Assembly (NCBI RefSeq): GCF_000315625.1
Contig: NW_005434543.1
Span: forward strand, 117,445-181,444
Direction: 5' to 3'
Source of the DNA: Guillardia theta CCMP2712
Taxonomy: Eukaryota > Protista > Cryptophyta
DNA length: 64,000 nt
Shown piece after piece: positions 1 to 13,361 of this stretch (positions are counted from its first letter, which is position 1; every line of letters begins with the position of its first letter). A program made the position numbers and the translations under genes. The notes under the pieces are model-generated. The model did no database searches. It had not been told where the DNA came from and saw only the letters and a list, made by a program, of their open reading frames with translations.

Positions 1-151
1 AATTTTGAAATGTGAGAGGAACATTTGGAGTCGGAACTTGTGATCACTGAGTCAAACTCGGGGACTCGGCGGTCCCGGCGGCCCGGTCGACAGCTACGGG
101 CAGCGGGGGGATGAGGCGCAAACACTCCGGAATTAGCAGTTTAGCACTGTA

Positions 152-2101
152 ATGGTGAGGGGGGTAGCGGCGGCGATGCTGGGGCTGCTGCTGGCATGCG
201 CGGTCATGGTAGTTCTGCTGAGAGCTGACAAGGAGGACACAGCTGGAACAAGTCTTCTTGCTCGCTCCTCTCCTCCCTCCATCCCCCCCTCAGGCTCTGC
301 ATACCGAGAGACGATGAGGATGGCGAGGCGAGCCGACCTGTACAGGCAGGCCGCGTTCGATGATGCGGTGGAGGACCAGGACAAGAAGGTGGAGAAAGAC
401 GAGAAGCTTGCGATGAAGATCGAGGAAGTGGACAAGAAGAAGTCAAGAGAGCGAGAAGTGAAGACTCTACTTGACATAGCCAAGGCGAGAAACAAGGCGG
501 CAGAGATGGCTGATAAGCAGCTCGACAAGCGAGCTGAGAAGCTCCAGACTGACCGCGCCAAAGACGCAAAGGAACCGCGTCATGCTGATGAGGAGAAGAA
601 GCCCGAACATGCAAGCGAGCAGCGAGCCAAGGCCGTCGCAGGGTCGGTGAAGCGCATGGCAACCGAGGCATATCAGGCGTATCAAGATGATCTCAAAGAG
701 GCGGAGCGAAGAGACAAGAAGCGACAGGAATCGTTCATGAATGCAAAGAAGGAGGAAGAGAAAGAAGACAAGGAGGACGACGATGACCACCAGAGACAAC
801 TCGCCATGGGGAGGAGGAAGCGGAAGCTCTGGTGGTGGGCCCTGAAACGGGAGGAGAAGCGAGACCTGGAGAGAAAGGCTCGGTGGAAACAAGATCTGAC
901 CAAGGCCGAGAAGATGATGGAAAGGTTGAACCACCAGCACCAGCACCAGCAGGAGAAGCAGCAGGAGAAGCAGCAGGAGAAGCAGCAGCAAGACGCGAAC
1001 CATCATCATCATCATCAGCAGCAGCAGCAGCAGCTCCCACACAACTCTTCTGCCAGCATCCAACAAGGGCATGACTCGGCCTTGACCTCCTCCCGGGAGC
1101 AACAGGCTGTAGCCTCTGAGAGGCAGAAGGAGGGAGTGATGAAGGCGGATCCTGCGGTGTCGTGCAGTGTTGCTACACGAGGGTAGCTGACTTGTTGTAT
1201 GCAGAAGATGCCGAGAAAGGAGCGAGAAGAGAAGGCGAGCAAGGGGAAGGAGGCTCTACGGCAGGCTACAGAGCTCGTCGACCAGGTGCAGACTGCTGAG
1301 ATCCTCCGCAACCTCGCTTAAGGCAGCCCGCAGGCAAGGAGCAAGTTTCTGGAAGCGGACGCGAAGCATCAGGTGGCCATGGACGAGCTAAAGAAGGAGG
1401 AGCAGGTTGAGAGCTTGAAGAAGGTAGGAAGAACGTTCCTCTCCCCTCCGCTCACAACCCCGCAGCAGAACGACTGGAAGACGATCTTGAGCAAAAGCAG
1501 GTCCCCTCACATTGCCTCTTCCTCCCTCCCACCCTCCTTCTCTTTCTCCTCCTCCTGATCATCGACATCTCTCTTGTTCTTGTTCTTGTCATTGTCGTCG
1601 TCGTCATCATCATCCTTGTTAACCTCTCAGGGTCTCTCCCACTACCTTGCTCTCTTGTGCCATGTTGTAGTCCTTGTCTCATGGCCCTCCTCCCTACTTG
1701 TTGCTGCTCACTTACCCGTCAGCGATGGGAAGAAGGCGCGAGAAAAGATGAAGATGAAGGTGAGGGAGGGCAAGAGGTGGAGGGTCGAAGCGGAAAGTCA
1801 CAGAGGGTAGAGGTCGAGAGAAAGGACAGCAAGGGGAGACAGGGGGAGGGGGGTGAGGATGGAAGGAGGAGCGAGGGAGCGAGGGAGCGATTGAAGGGCC
1901 AGGTAGGAGAGCAGGATGGGACTGATTCAAGGTTGGCAGGTGAAGCTCTCACTTGAGACTGTTAAGAAGAGACAGCGAGAGCTGGCGGAGGCCGTGAACC
2001 ATCAGGTCGGGCATGCGCATGTGCAGTTCTGGTGCTGATGGGGAGGACAGTGGAAGGTCGAGCAGGAGCTGATGGAGGAGAGTTCGAGCCTGTTGCGATG
2101 A
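152..2101 (+). CDS. Hypothetical protein with an N-terminal signal/TM segment and long charged coiled coils; multi-exon
   Basis: ORF 152..1186 begins MVRGVAAAMLGLLLACAVMVVLL and is followed by K/E/R-rich helical sequence. Downstream short GT-AG introns lead to a last exon WKVEQELMEESSSLLR* (stop 2099-2101). Confidence 0.6.
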
Positions 2102-2178
2102 GACGAGGGGAGGGGAGGGGAGCAAGGAGCGCGACTGTTAGTTCAAGTGCCAGGAGAAAAGAGGACGGGGAGGCGAGA

Positions 2179-2860
2179 AGTCGGAAAGAGGCGATGAAGG
2201 TGTGAAGATGCTATTTTGTACATATGGACATGTAGATGTGAAAAAGTTGAAAACTCACTCTCCTCGTCCTCCTTGTTGCTTCCACTTCTTCACCTCCCCC
2301 CTCCTCGCCCTCACCCTTCTCCGTCATTTCTACTTTCCTACCGCCCCTACTACTCTTTCCCCTCCTCTCTACAACCCTCCCTTAGCATTCATCTCGTTTA
2401 TGTACAGCATGATCTCTATCGCTTGCCTGCCGCGTCTCCCTCCTCCTGCTCCTCTCGATCTTCCGACGGCTCCCTTCCCCCCCTTCCCCTCTCGCGCCCC
2501 TGCTCACGATCAGAGATGAAAGGCGGACATTGAAAACGCAAGTGGGAAGGATGAGATAGGAGAAGCAGAAAGAGAGTGTGGAGGAGGAGGGAGAGGAGGA
2601 GGGAGAGGGGGAGGGCGAGCGCTGGAGATCATGGTGTTGATTGACGAGATGAATGCTAAGGGAGGGTTGTCGAGAGGAGGGGAAAGAGTAGTAGGGGCGG
2701 TAGGAAAGTGGAAGTGACGGAGAAGGGTGAGGGCGAGGAGGGGGGAGGTGAAGAAGTGGGAGCAGCAAGGGGGACGAGGAGAGTGAGTTTGCACTTTTTC
2801 GCATCTACATGTTCATATGTACCCATCGCTTCTTACACCATTGATCGCCTCTTCCCGACT
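2179..2860. repeat. Long imperfect inverted repeat (arms about 2179-2416 and 2625-2860)
   Basis: The arms are reverse complements, e.g. aaactcactctcctcgtcc...ccttagcattcatctcgt versus acgagatgaatgctaaggg...gacgaggagagtgagttt. The ORF track shows near-identical peptides on opposite strands (THSPRPPCC...TTLSPPL). Confidence 0.9.
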
Positions 2861-3319
2861 GGCCGCTTNNNNNNNNNNNNNNNNNNNNNNNNNNNNNNNN
2901 NNNNNNNNNNNNNNNNNNNNNNNNNNNNNNNNNNNNNNNNNNNNNNNNNNNNNNNNNNNNNNNNNNNNNNNNNNNNNNNNNNNNNNNNNNNNNNNNNNNN
3001 NNNNNNNNNNNNNNNNNNNNNNNNNNNNNNNNNNNNNNNNNNNNNNNNNNNNNNNNNNNNNNNNNNNNNNNNNNNNNNNNNNNNNNNNNNNNNNNNNNNN
3101 NNNNNNNNNNNNNNNNNNNNNNNNNNNNNNNNNNNNNNNNNNNNNNNNNNNNNNNNNNNNNNNNNNNNNNNNNNNNNNNNNNNNNNNNNNNNNNNNNNNN
3201 NNNNNNNNNNNNNNNNNNNNNNNNNNNNNNNNNNNNNNNNNNNNNNNNNNNNNNNNNNNNNNNNNNNNNNNNNNNNNNNNNNNNNNNNNNNNNNNNNNNN
3301 NNNNNNNNNNNNNNNTCAC

Positions 3320-4130
3320 TTGCGGGCACTTTCACCTTGTGCTCTTGCGACAGATATCTGGAGATGTCTTGCACATACACGGATGGAGCGGATCGGGTCA
3401 CTGTGTCGATAGTGAGCATACGCACTCGGTGCCTGTCCGCCTGTCAGGCCCTGTACTCCTTCGCATCCCGCGAGCCCAACACGCAAGTCATCCAGGAGGA
3501 GCTTGTCTGCCTCCTCACTGCCCCCATTCTTGAGCGCCTTGACAGCGCGGCAGAGGGAGGGAGTTCTCCTACTTCATCCCGGGCTGCTGCATGCTTCAAG
3601 ATTCCTTTCTGCGCTGTGTCAGGAGCGTCGCAACCGGTTGAAGGCATCTCACCATCGAAATAGCAGCGCCGCTGCTTCTCTCTTTCCTCCCTCCTGCTTC
3701 TGAAGACAGGAGTGAGCGAGGGAGAGACGGGGAGAGAGGTTGGGGGGGGAGGGAAGGAGAGGGTAAGGGAGGAGAGAGGGGGAGCGGAGGCAGGGGAGTG
3801 GAGGGAGAGAGCAGAGGGGTTTGGTCTCTAGCCTACCTGCATCAACTGCTGCCAGGAGTTTTGACTTCCTCATCGCCGGCGTCTCCTCATTCTGCACGCC
3901 CAGGTGGCTAGCGTCTCTCTTCCTCCCTTCCTCGACCTCCTCTCGCTTTATCGTCCCGCCCATCCTCACGAGCCCTCAAGATCGTCTCTGCCGACCCCTC
4001 GGCGATCACTCGACCTCCTCCCCCTCGCATGACAACTTCGCATCCTCCTCAGAGACCTCGGCGAGGGCCCCTCCTCCTACCATGCGCTGACACATCACGA
4101 CTGTCGACCAACAGGCTCCAAGTTTTCTGC
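3320..4130 (-). CDS. Hypothetical multi-exon protein, 3' part running into an N gap
   Basis: Minus-strand splice sites (cag|gtaggc at about 3838, ctgtcttcag at about 3700) flank a pyrimidine-rich intron, and the exon peptides are open. No recognisable domain. Confidence 0.35.
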
Positions 4131-5029
4131 TGCTGCCCCGCTGAGCGCAAGGATGCTAAGGTATCATTGTCAACCTGGAAACTTCTCGTCAAAGGCAAGA
4201 AACTCAAGGAAGCACTAAGAATGCACATATGTGATAATCGCCAAAGAGCAACAAGCAAAGGGAAGCAGAAAATCTGATGACTAACTAGTTCTGCTTGCCA
4301 CTCGTTACGCAGACATGTCCCTCCCAGTTGAGAGATGTGGGCAGTGGATATCAGTTCTGTCAACATTCGTTCCAGATCATCCTAAAAGACATGCCAGCGT
4401 CTCACATGTTTGTCTTCTGTCTTTCCTGTATTGCACAAAGGATGGAGTCCTCCCAAAACCCAATTTGTAACTAGTCCATGCGGACTACGTCGACTCTTTC
4501 TCTCAGCATCTCTCCAGCAAGCCTCAATCTATCTCTATACATTAATACACATGCCTGACTCAATGACTTTCCGCTTGTCCACCTGTCTACTTGCCTTGCC
4601 AACCGACATAGCGACTTGACATGCTGCTGCCGGCGCTGGCCTACTCCCACCCATTCCTCTCCATTCCTTGCTTCGTCTCTACGATCTTCCCATGTCTCCC
4701 CCTGTAGCTCAACCGCCCAGCTTCGGAATCAGCATGGCTTTCCGAACCTATTCTCAGGTTGTTGCTCTTCTCATTTACGGCCACCTGCTCCCGCTGCTGT
4801 GTCCTGATCCCACCTTCAAACTTTCCTGCTTGTATCCTCCAGTCCGAAATCCTCCTCCTCTGCCTGAGCCTCCTCTTGCGACTCTCTCCTGCATCTGAAT
4901 CATCATATCTCCCTGCTTCCTCGCTCGCTCTCGCTCTCCTCCCCCTCCCCCTCCCCCGCTCTCCCCCCCCTGCCCTCCTCTTGCTCGTCGTCCTTGACCT
5001 GCCATATGCGGCCAATGCTAGGATCAGAA

Positions 5030-6420
5030 TTTTGTGTACCAGGTGGGGGTATAGGCGGATGGGGTGGAAACGGAATTGAGTTCATCCAGGTGGGTGAGGG
5101 TACCTTTTTGAAAATTCCCAAGGTGACTATCCCCAAATTCTGAAATTATTTGTGTTACCCACCCATATTATTACTAGATATTTATGTTAAAATGAGGGTT
5201 CGTGGTGAAGGGTGCGACAAAAATTGTGTCATCTTGAAATTTCTCTATAAAATGGATAATGTCCTGGTACGTAACAGGGGGTAGGGGTCACAAGTTTTTT
5301 TGTTGAGGTGGTGGGGGTCCTTGCAAAACTAGGTGGGTACAACTAGAGGTGTAGACGCACAAAAAAGACGAGGGGGGTGGTCATACTACTGAATGACTTG
5401 GGTGGGTAGGGGTTGTCAAGTACCGGTCATTTTAAATACACAATACAGGAAAAAGTACCGGTGATCCCATCACTTGATGGAGACCCAAATGGGGTCGTGG
5501 GATCAGATCATAGGGGGGTTCAAGAACAGCTGCTCCATGATGTTGGGGTAGGGTACCTAATCATAATTTGACTACCCGTCCATATTACTAGTAAATTGAG
5601 GGTAATTTTCAACAATGTGGTTGAGAAAGCGAAGGGTAGTCGAGATTGAGGGGGTGGGGTAGTGAAGGGGAAGGGTCCATTCATGGGGTGTAGCTTTCGG
5701 GATGTAGTGCCCGTAAACCACCCCACCCGTTCTCTATATATGAATCAGGGGGGTGATGGTACCCGCCAAACCCCACCCTACCTCTGACGAGTGCAAGCAT
5801 GACCCATTGAACCTCTTACTGACAAGTACCCCACCCACACCTCGACGAGCCTTGGCTCTGATTACCCCATAAATCATCATCAAAAGTACCGGTGTAAGAG
5901 GATAATGATCTACCCCCACCACCCCTCTTGAAGATTGTACGCTCCCCTACCTCTGCCTCCACCGGTTGTCCTGGAGACGGACGGCCCCCTATGAGCGGGG
6001 ATGAGGGCAGACGGCAGTAAGTGATTGGGCAATGGAGGGGATGAGGGCTGAACAAGCTGGTCAGATGGGGGATGTGGGTAATGTACATATCGGACGGGTC
6101 CTCCACGAAATTCGTGTTGACCCAGGGGGTGGTAATAGTGATCATAAAGGGGGTAGGGGTAATTAAAATAGTGGATTTCTGTGGGTAATAAGTGGGAAAA
6201 CGGAGGGTTCACGCAATTGATCGAGCAAGGGGTGGGTAGGGTTATGGAATACGAGGAGGGTGGGTGGTCTTGTGGGAGGTTGGATTTTCAAATTCTGTGG
6301 GAGGGACTACCCTACCTCCTCAAGTTGAGCTGATTGTGAGGGAGTACCTACCCTATTCCCCAAATTTTCAAGGTAGAGTACGGGGTGGGGATGATACCGG
6401 TGTCCTTAATTCCCTGTTTC
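5030..6420. promoter_or_regulatory. GGGGT/TACCC-rich intergenic island upstream of CAP-G
   Basis: Abrupt composition change with dense ggggt, taccc, gtacc and accgg words and no credible ORF. It lies between the 5' ends of divergent genes. Confidence 0.4.
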
Positions 6421-6862
6421 GGCAATGCAACACGCCTTCTGGGCTGTTTGATATGATCGAGAGGACAGGACAGGACAGGACAGGACAGGGCAGGACAGGA
6501 GAAGAACGTGACGGAAAAGAGAAGGAGTTGAGTGAACAGCTACTGGACAAGTTGAGAAGGTAAAAGCATCAGGGAGGTAGCAACGAAGCTGTGATGGCAG
6601 GAACAGGAGGGTTATGGGAACAATTTGAGTGTGAAACTATGTAAACGACAGACAGTCATGAAGAAAAGGAAGTGTTGCAAATCAAAGTGAGGATGGTATA
6701 GAAGATGAGAATTTAGCACAATCACAACCATTCTTGCATGCATAAGGCCGGAAACTGTGAAAACCAACATGAAAGCAATCCCACGTAGACGACTCTTTGA
6801 TTTCCACTGATGTTGTCTGTTCAGGACGCATTTGTTTGCATCCTCTTGAAACTCGCGAGGCC

Positions 6863-9800
6863 ATGCCCGAGAAACAAGAATCTACTTTCCTGCAGGTGAT
6901 CGAACAGCTGGAAGAATGTCAGAAGTCCTTTGCTGTTCACCGAAAGTGCATCATGAAGCTCAAACAAGCGCAATCTGCAGACCCCGACACCTTCCAGCGC
7001 GCCCTCACTCAGTCCATCGATCGTGCCATGCTGGTCTTCAAACGAGAGCCAGCGGTAGAGCGTTTCCTGCAGTTTGTTGCCTCCTTCATCTCATTCACCA
7101 ACGACAAGTACTCTAGCGACGGCGAGCTTGCCTGTGTCCTCCTCAAGCGCATGATCCCTCTGACCTGCGCGCGCGATAAGGCTGTACGGTTCCGCGCCTG
7201 CCAGCTGACGGCAAAGCTGCTCAACAGCCTCGGGGAGGACGCGGAGGTGTCGGAGGAGCTCTTCGACGAGATCCTGCACGCCATGCTAGCGCGGCTGCAC
7301 GACAAGGTGCCGGTGGTTCGTGTGCATGCAGCCGCAGCACTTGCTAGGCTGCAGGACCCACGGACTTGAGCGATGCGGTGACGATGGAGTACGTGCGCCT
7401 CGTGTCCAACGACACGAGCAAGGAAGTCAGGAAGGCAGTGCTGGCCAACATGGGCGTGTCGTCAGTCACGCTGCCCTTCATCCTGGAGAGGACGAGGGAT
7501 GTGCGGGAGGACGTGAGGAAGTACGCCTACAACGTAGTCTCCATCAAGATCGACGTCAAGTCGCTCCAGATCTCCCAGAGGATCTTCCTGGTAGAGAACG
7601 GGCTCAAGGTAGGGGAAGGGAGAGCGCGGGAAGGATCTGACGCCTGGCTACAGGATAGAAATGAGCTGGTCAGGAAGGCTTGCACTGACATGATCTGCAA
7701 CAAGTGGGTAGCGAAGGGGAGCGGCAACCCCATCGCGTTCCTCAAGTTGCTCGACGTCGAGATCTACTCGGAGGCGACCGAAAGGGCCCTGCGTGCGGTG
7801 CTGGGGAGCGGAAAGTTGAAGAGCCCTGCCAGCTTCCTGCCAGAGAACCGATCAGCGCTGCAAGCAGAGGAGGCCTTCTACTGGAGGGTCCTTGGCAAGG
7901 TAGGGGGGAGGAGGAACGGCAGAGGGAGGAGGGAGAGGGAGGAGCAGGACGGTTGAAGCTCACCAGAATCATCTGTGCAGGTGGCTGTGGAGAGGAACGA
8001 CGACGACATGATGGACGCGACTCTTCCCGAGCTCTCGGACTTCTGCCAAGTGCTGGAGTCCAACATGGGCTCGTCCTCCTTCGTTACCACTGAGCTCCTC
8101 AAATTTGTTCCGCTCCTCGACCTTGGCGACGAGGTTTGCTTTCCTTCTCTCTCCTCCCGTCTCCCCTTCCCCTTGCCCCTCTCTTCTCTTCTGATCCCGC
8201 GAGGTCAGCTCGGGCGCAAGAAGCTCTACACTATGCTGGGCAGCATTCTTTTGAGTCTGGTGAGGCAGGAGGAGGAGGAGGAGGAAAGGATGCTGACGAG
8301 GAGGAGCAGGAGCAGCCGATGTCGCTCATCTCGCACGTCATGACGGGGCTCCACTGCCTCGAGTCCAACAGCGAGAGCTTCGTCGCCTTCATCGCCGGAA
8401 TCCTCAAGCAGGTCAGCCGCAGCCGGACTTCCTGCTGCTCCCCAACTCTCCTCCATGGAGCAGAGATGGAGGAAGGGGGAATGTGAAGGAGAGAGGGAGG
8501 AGGAAGAAGTGACGGGGAGGGCATGGCTGTCAGTGCTGACCTGCTCGCTCACCTTCAGCTTCTCGAGTTCGCCGAGGTTGACGCGTCCAAGGCCTTCCTC
8601 CACCGATGCCTCGTCGTGAGCAGCGAGCTCCTGCGCACCTTCACCCGGCTCGATCAGATCGCCGTGGGAGGCATCCCCGATCTCGTCAAGGAATTCTGCG
8701 AGACTATGATTCAGGCACTCTCCTCCTCTCCCTTCCCTCTCCCTCTTGATCCTCCCCTTCCTCCTCCTCTCCTCCTCTGACGTGCAGAGATAGGACGAGA
8801 ACGATGATATCAGAAAGGAGGCCCTCGAATGCCTGGGGCTCTTCTGCTTGCTCGACGAGCACATCGCCGCAAGCTACATCCCGCTCTTCCTCCAAGTCCT
8901 CGCACATGACACCGAGAAGCTCCAGGCAAGAAGAGACTCCTCCTCCCTCCCTCCCTCCTCCTCCTACCTTCATCCCTCCTCTTGGCTCCTTCAGGTCACC
9001 TTGCTGCAGGTTTGTGCTCTCAGCGCGATCCTCGACATTCTGCTGGTCTTCAAGCAGAGCGACTGGAACAAGGTAGAGGGGAGGGGGAGAGGAGGAGGAG
9101 GAGGGAGCGATCAGGTCCTGACAGATCGACAGGTGCCTGAGAATTTGCTGGAGGTAGGAGGGGATTCAGCTGCCGGCACGTCGGTGTGGCAGCAAGTCGT
9201 CCAGTCCCTCTCCAACGGCTCCTTCCTGCTCCGAGCCACCGCAGCTGAGGGCCTTGCGAAGCTCTTGTACGCCGGAAGGTGCTCCTACTGGCTCCTCCCG
9301 CTCCCTCCCTCTCTTGATCTGACTCGATTCTCATCCTTGTTGACTTGTTGTTCAGGCTGAGAGCAGCAGGACATGAAGTTGAGAAGCAGGTGACTGTCCT
9401 CCTCCCTCCCTCNNNNNNNNNNNNNNNNNNNNNNNNNNNNNNNNNNNNNNNNNNNNNNNNNNNNNNNNNNNNNNNNNNNNNNNNNNNNNNNNNNNNNNNN
9501 NNNNNNNNNNNNCCTTTACATCGCCTAACAAGAGTACTTCCTCGTAACCCCTTTCCCTCCCCTCCCCTCCCTCCCTCCCCTCCCTCCCTCCCTCCCTCCC
9601 CTCCCTCCCCTCCCTCCCCTCCCCTCCCCTTCCCTCCCCCTCCACTCCTGTCACTCCCATCGTCGTTCATTTTGACTAGCCATGTCAATACCTCCCTCCT
9701 CCCATCCTCTACATGCACACAACGCCTGACATGTCCTGCAGACCACCCTTGCCCTTCTCTTCGCCTACTTCGCCTCGTCAGCTGGTTCGTCTCCCTCGAC

Positions 9801-11316
9801 CTCCTCGACCTGCCTGACTGTCAACAGAGGAAGAATCGGCCATGAGACAGTGCCTTGCTGTCTTCTTCCCAACCTTCGCGGTCTCCTCCCCTCCCCTCCC
9901 CTCCTCTCCTCTCCTTTTCAACCATCTCCTTACACAAGTCCTGCAGGCTAAGGAGGCTGACAACCTCCTCGTCCTCGGCGCCATCGCTCTGCCTGCCCTT
10001 CGCATCATCCTGGAGGCTCCTCGGGTCTTCTCCTCATCTTCTTATCTTATCTTATCTTGTCTTGTCTTGTCTCTCAGGGTTCGCCGCTAGCCAAAGTCAA
10101 CGCCCTTCAAGTCGGCCAGTACCTGTTGTCCCTCCTCGAAGATGTGGGAAACTGCTCCTCCTCCTCCTCCTCCTCCTCCTCTCCCCCTCCTTATTCTCAT
10201 CTGTTTGCGCAGGCGGCCAAGGGAGAGGATGCCATCAAGGCGAGCAAGAGAGCGAAGCTGACCATCGCCAGTCTCATCTGCGAGGAACTCACCGGCTGTG
10301 ACTCCTCGGCCTCTGTCAAGGTCCTTCCCCCCCCTCCTCCCTCCTCCCTCCTCCTCTTGCTTCTTCCTCCTAGTGTAGCTGCCTTCGCCTCTCCTTGCTC
10401 GTTCTGTCGTTCGCCTCCTCTCTGCCAGCTCGCCCTCACCCTCGTTTCAGGTGTATTCTCGCCTCCTCACCAATGTGGAGCTCAAACTCTCCAAGAATCA
10501 GAGCAGAGTAATCCTTCTCCTCCTCCTCCTCCTCCTTCTCCTCCTCCTCCTTCTCCTCCTCCTCCTTCTCCTCCCTCTCCCTCTGCTTTTTTCTTCTCCT
10601 TCCTCACCTGAAGTTCATTCCAGGCCCTCAGCTCCGTTGCCAAGAAAGCGTTCGAAACTCTTGACGATGGCATCGCACAGGTACCTCCTCCTCCTCCTCC
10701 TCCTCCTCCTCCTACTCCTACTCCTACTCCGCCTCCTCCCTGTGCTCTGACCGATTGCTAGTCTTCAGTGCGCAGGTTCATCTCTCAGCTCGAGGAGGCG
10801 GAGGAGACAGCAGAGGAGGTTCAGCCCTGCTTCTCCCTCCCCTCCGTCGACAGCCTGAGCGAGGCCCTGACCTCCTTCCTCGTCGCCTCGCGGCTGCTGC
10901 TGCAACAGGAGGAGGAGGAGGAGGAGGGAGAGACAGGGAGAGCAAAGAAGGTGGTGGCGAAGAAGACGACGAGGAGCGTGCGGGGAAGGAGGGAGGAGGG
11001 AGACAAAGCCCAGGTCCTCTCCCCTCACAGTCCCCTGCGCGTGAGGAGGTCGACGAGGACTCGAGCGTCAGCCAAGACGACGCAGAAGGAGGAGGAGCTG
11101 GACAACCTGCTGCAGGAGCTGGTGGGCTCGATGCCTCCCCCTCCCTCCTGGTGCTGAGCTGAGTGCAGGAGAAGGAGCAGCAGGAGGAATGGCTCGGGAG
11201 AAAGAATGTGGATGAGATGGAGGTGAGAACGGGGGGGGCGCTTGGGCGCGGGAGTGACAAATGTACAGGAGGATGAAGACGAGGAGGACGAAGACGAGGA
11301 GGAGGAGGAGGACTAA
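6863..11316 (+). CDS. NCAPG: Condensin I non-SMC subunit G (CAP-G/Ycg1), HEAT repeats; multi-exon
   Basis: Motifs: FKREPAVERFLQF, ARDKAVRFRACQL, RLHDKVPVVRVHAAAALARLQDP, NDTSKEVRKAVL, ILERTRDVREDVRK, DIRKEALECLGLFCLLD, LRATAAEGLAKLL, MRQCLAVFFPTF, then an acidic tail. One apparent 1-nt deletion at about 7357 and an N gap at 9413-9512. Confidence 0.92.
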
Positions 11317-11402
11317 CTGTAGCAAGAGGAGGAGACGACTAACTGTGCAATGCGGAGGGGGAGGAGGAGATGTAATCGTTAATTTACATTCACTGACATG
11401 CT

Positions 11403-13329
11403 TCAACTTGTTTGTCGTGCTCCTGCTCCTGCGTCGTCAGCCCATGGTGGAGCCTCCGAGGAAGAAACCTGAATGAGAGTGATGATGGCCGCGGCGATGT
11501 CGTGAGCAGCGTGAGGGTTCGAGTTGGCCTTGCGAGAGGCGTCGGACTGGATGACAAGGCGAATCAGATCGACCGAGGAGGAGGAGGGGGAGGTAGCGGA
11601 GGGGACCCAGCTGGAGGGGGAGGTAGCGGAGGGGACCCAGCTGGAGGGGGGGGGTAGTGGAGGGGACCCAGCTGGAGGGGGAGGTGGCAGACGCAGCTGG
11701 AGGGGGAGGTAGTGGAGGGGAGGACGACCAGGTGGTGGAGGAAGAGCGATAGAGGAATGAGATTCTCACCAGTTTGCGGAGGGTTGGCTGATCGTTGAGC
11801 CAGGAGAGAACAACTTGTGCAGCCTTGTTAGCGTCAGGCTCGAAGCCTCCCATGCCTCTCTTGAGCACAAAGTCGACGTTGGCCTCCTCCTGCTGGCCGT
11901 CAGTCGAGAAGGAGAAGCAGATGGAGGAGGAGACCTGTCCGGGAAGGAAGTCGTAGACCATGCAAGGGCGACCACAAGCAGCTGCCTCGGCTATGGAGCC
12001 TGCAAGGAGATGATGATGATCACGCGTGAGAGCAGCATGATCAGCATATCCATGTTTAGAGACGATGACGTCACTTGCGAGCATGTACTCCTCGACATTG
12101 TCCAGGAACCCAACCACTCTGACCTTGACACGCTCCCTCCCTCCCTCCTGCTCGCCTTCTTCTCCCTCCTGCTCGCCTTTTCCCTTCTCTCCTCCCTCCT
12201 GCTCCCCGAGCTCTTGGCTGCTCCTCGACTCCTGTTCATGGGCTTGGGTCGGTCGCTCCTCCCCGTCCTGTTCTAGTTCGCATCCCTTGGGCCACTTGAA
12301 GCGCTCGAGCTTCTGGCGGAGCTTCTGATTCCTCCCGCAGACTGCTGGAGTGAGAGGAGGAGGAGAAGGAGGAGATTTCACTCACCGATGACTAGATGGG
12401 ACTTGACGTTGCTCTCCGCCAGATGCCTCCCCAAGGATTTCGCGATCTACGATTGGGATAAGATCGGAGCAAGAGCAGAAGGAAAGAAGGAAATGGAGCA
12501 GGAGGAACGAGGAGGAGAGCAGCTTAACAGGTCTTGACCTGATCTAACTTTCCCATGCCTTCTCCTCCTCCTATCGCCAGGACAACCTTCGCGTCTCCCT
12601 CCAGCTTGAGCTTCCGCCGCTTCTCCTGCTTCGCCTCCTCCCCCCCATCCAGATGCCAGAAGCCCTGCCGGAGCGGAAGGCCAAAAACCTGCACCTGCGA
12701 GTGCGTGAGAAAGAGGTGAAAGGAGGGGACGGAGAAGAAGAGGGGGGAGGTCAAGAAAGGTTGAGGGAGGAGGAGGAAGGAGAAGGAGGCAGGAGGCAGG
12801 AGGCAGGAGGCAGGAGGCAGGAGGCAGGAGGCAAGAGGCAGGAGGCAGGAGGGAGGCAGGAGGAGGCAGCAGAAGCAGCAGCAGGTTCACTTGTTCTTTT
12901 CGCATGCCACATGTGATGGCAGTCTCATACATTTCCTCGGTAGGAACAAAAACCTGCCATGCATTTTCAACTCCTCCTGCTCCTGCTTCCCCTCCCCCCT
13001 CCCCCCCCCCTCCCCCTCCCCCTCCCCCTCCCCCTCGCACCTTGTCGACAGACACGTTGAACCACCAAGGATGCGCCTCCCCCAAGTCCGTCACGCACGT
13101 CACGAAAGGAATTCTCTTGCTCCTGTCCTGGGGCTTCGCAGGGTTAGCGACTTTCTGAGCTACGAGGGAGGAGGAAGGAGAGGAAGAAAGAAGAACACAA
13201 GAAGGGCAAGCTAGAGAAAGGGTGGACGGAAACGATTCAAGAACAACTGGAGGGAGCAGGGACAGGGTGAAGGTAGGAAGAATAGGTGCAGCGAACAACG
13301 AGCTGCGAGAAGGTGGAGCAGGAGCAGGT

Positions 13330-13361
<32 letters not shown>

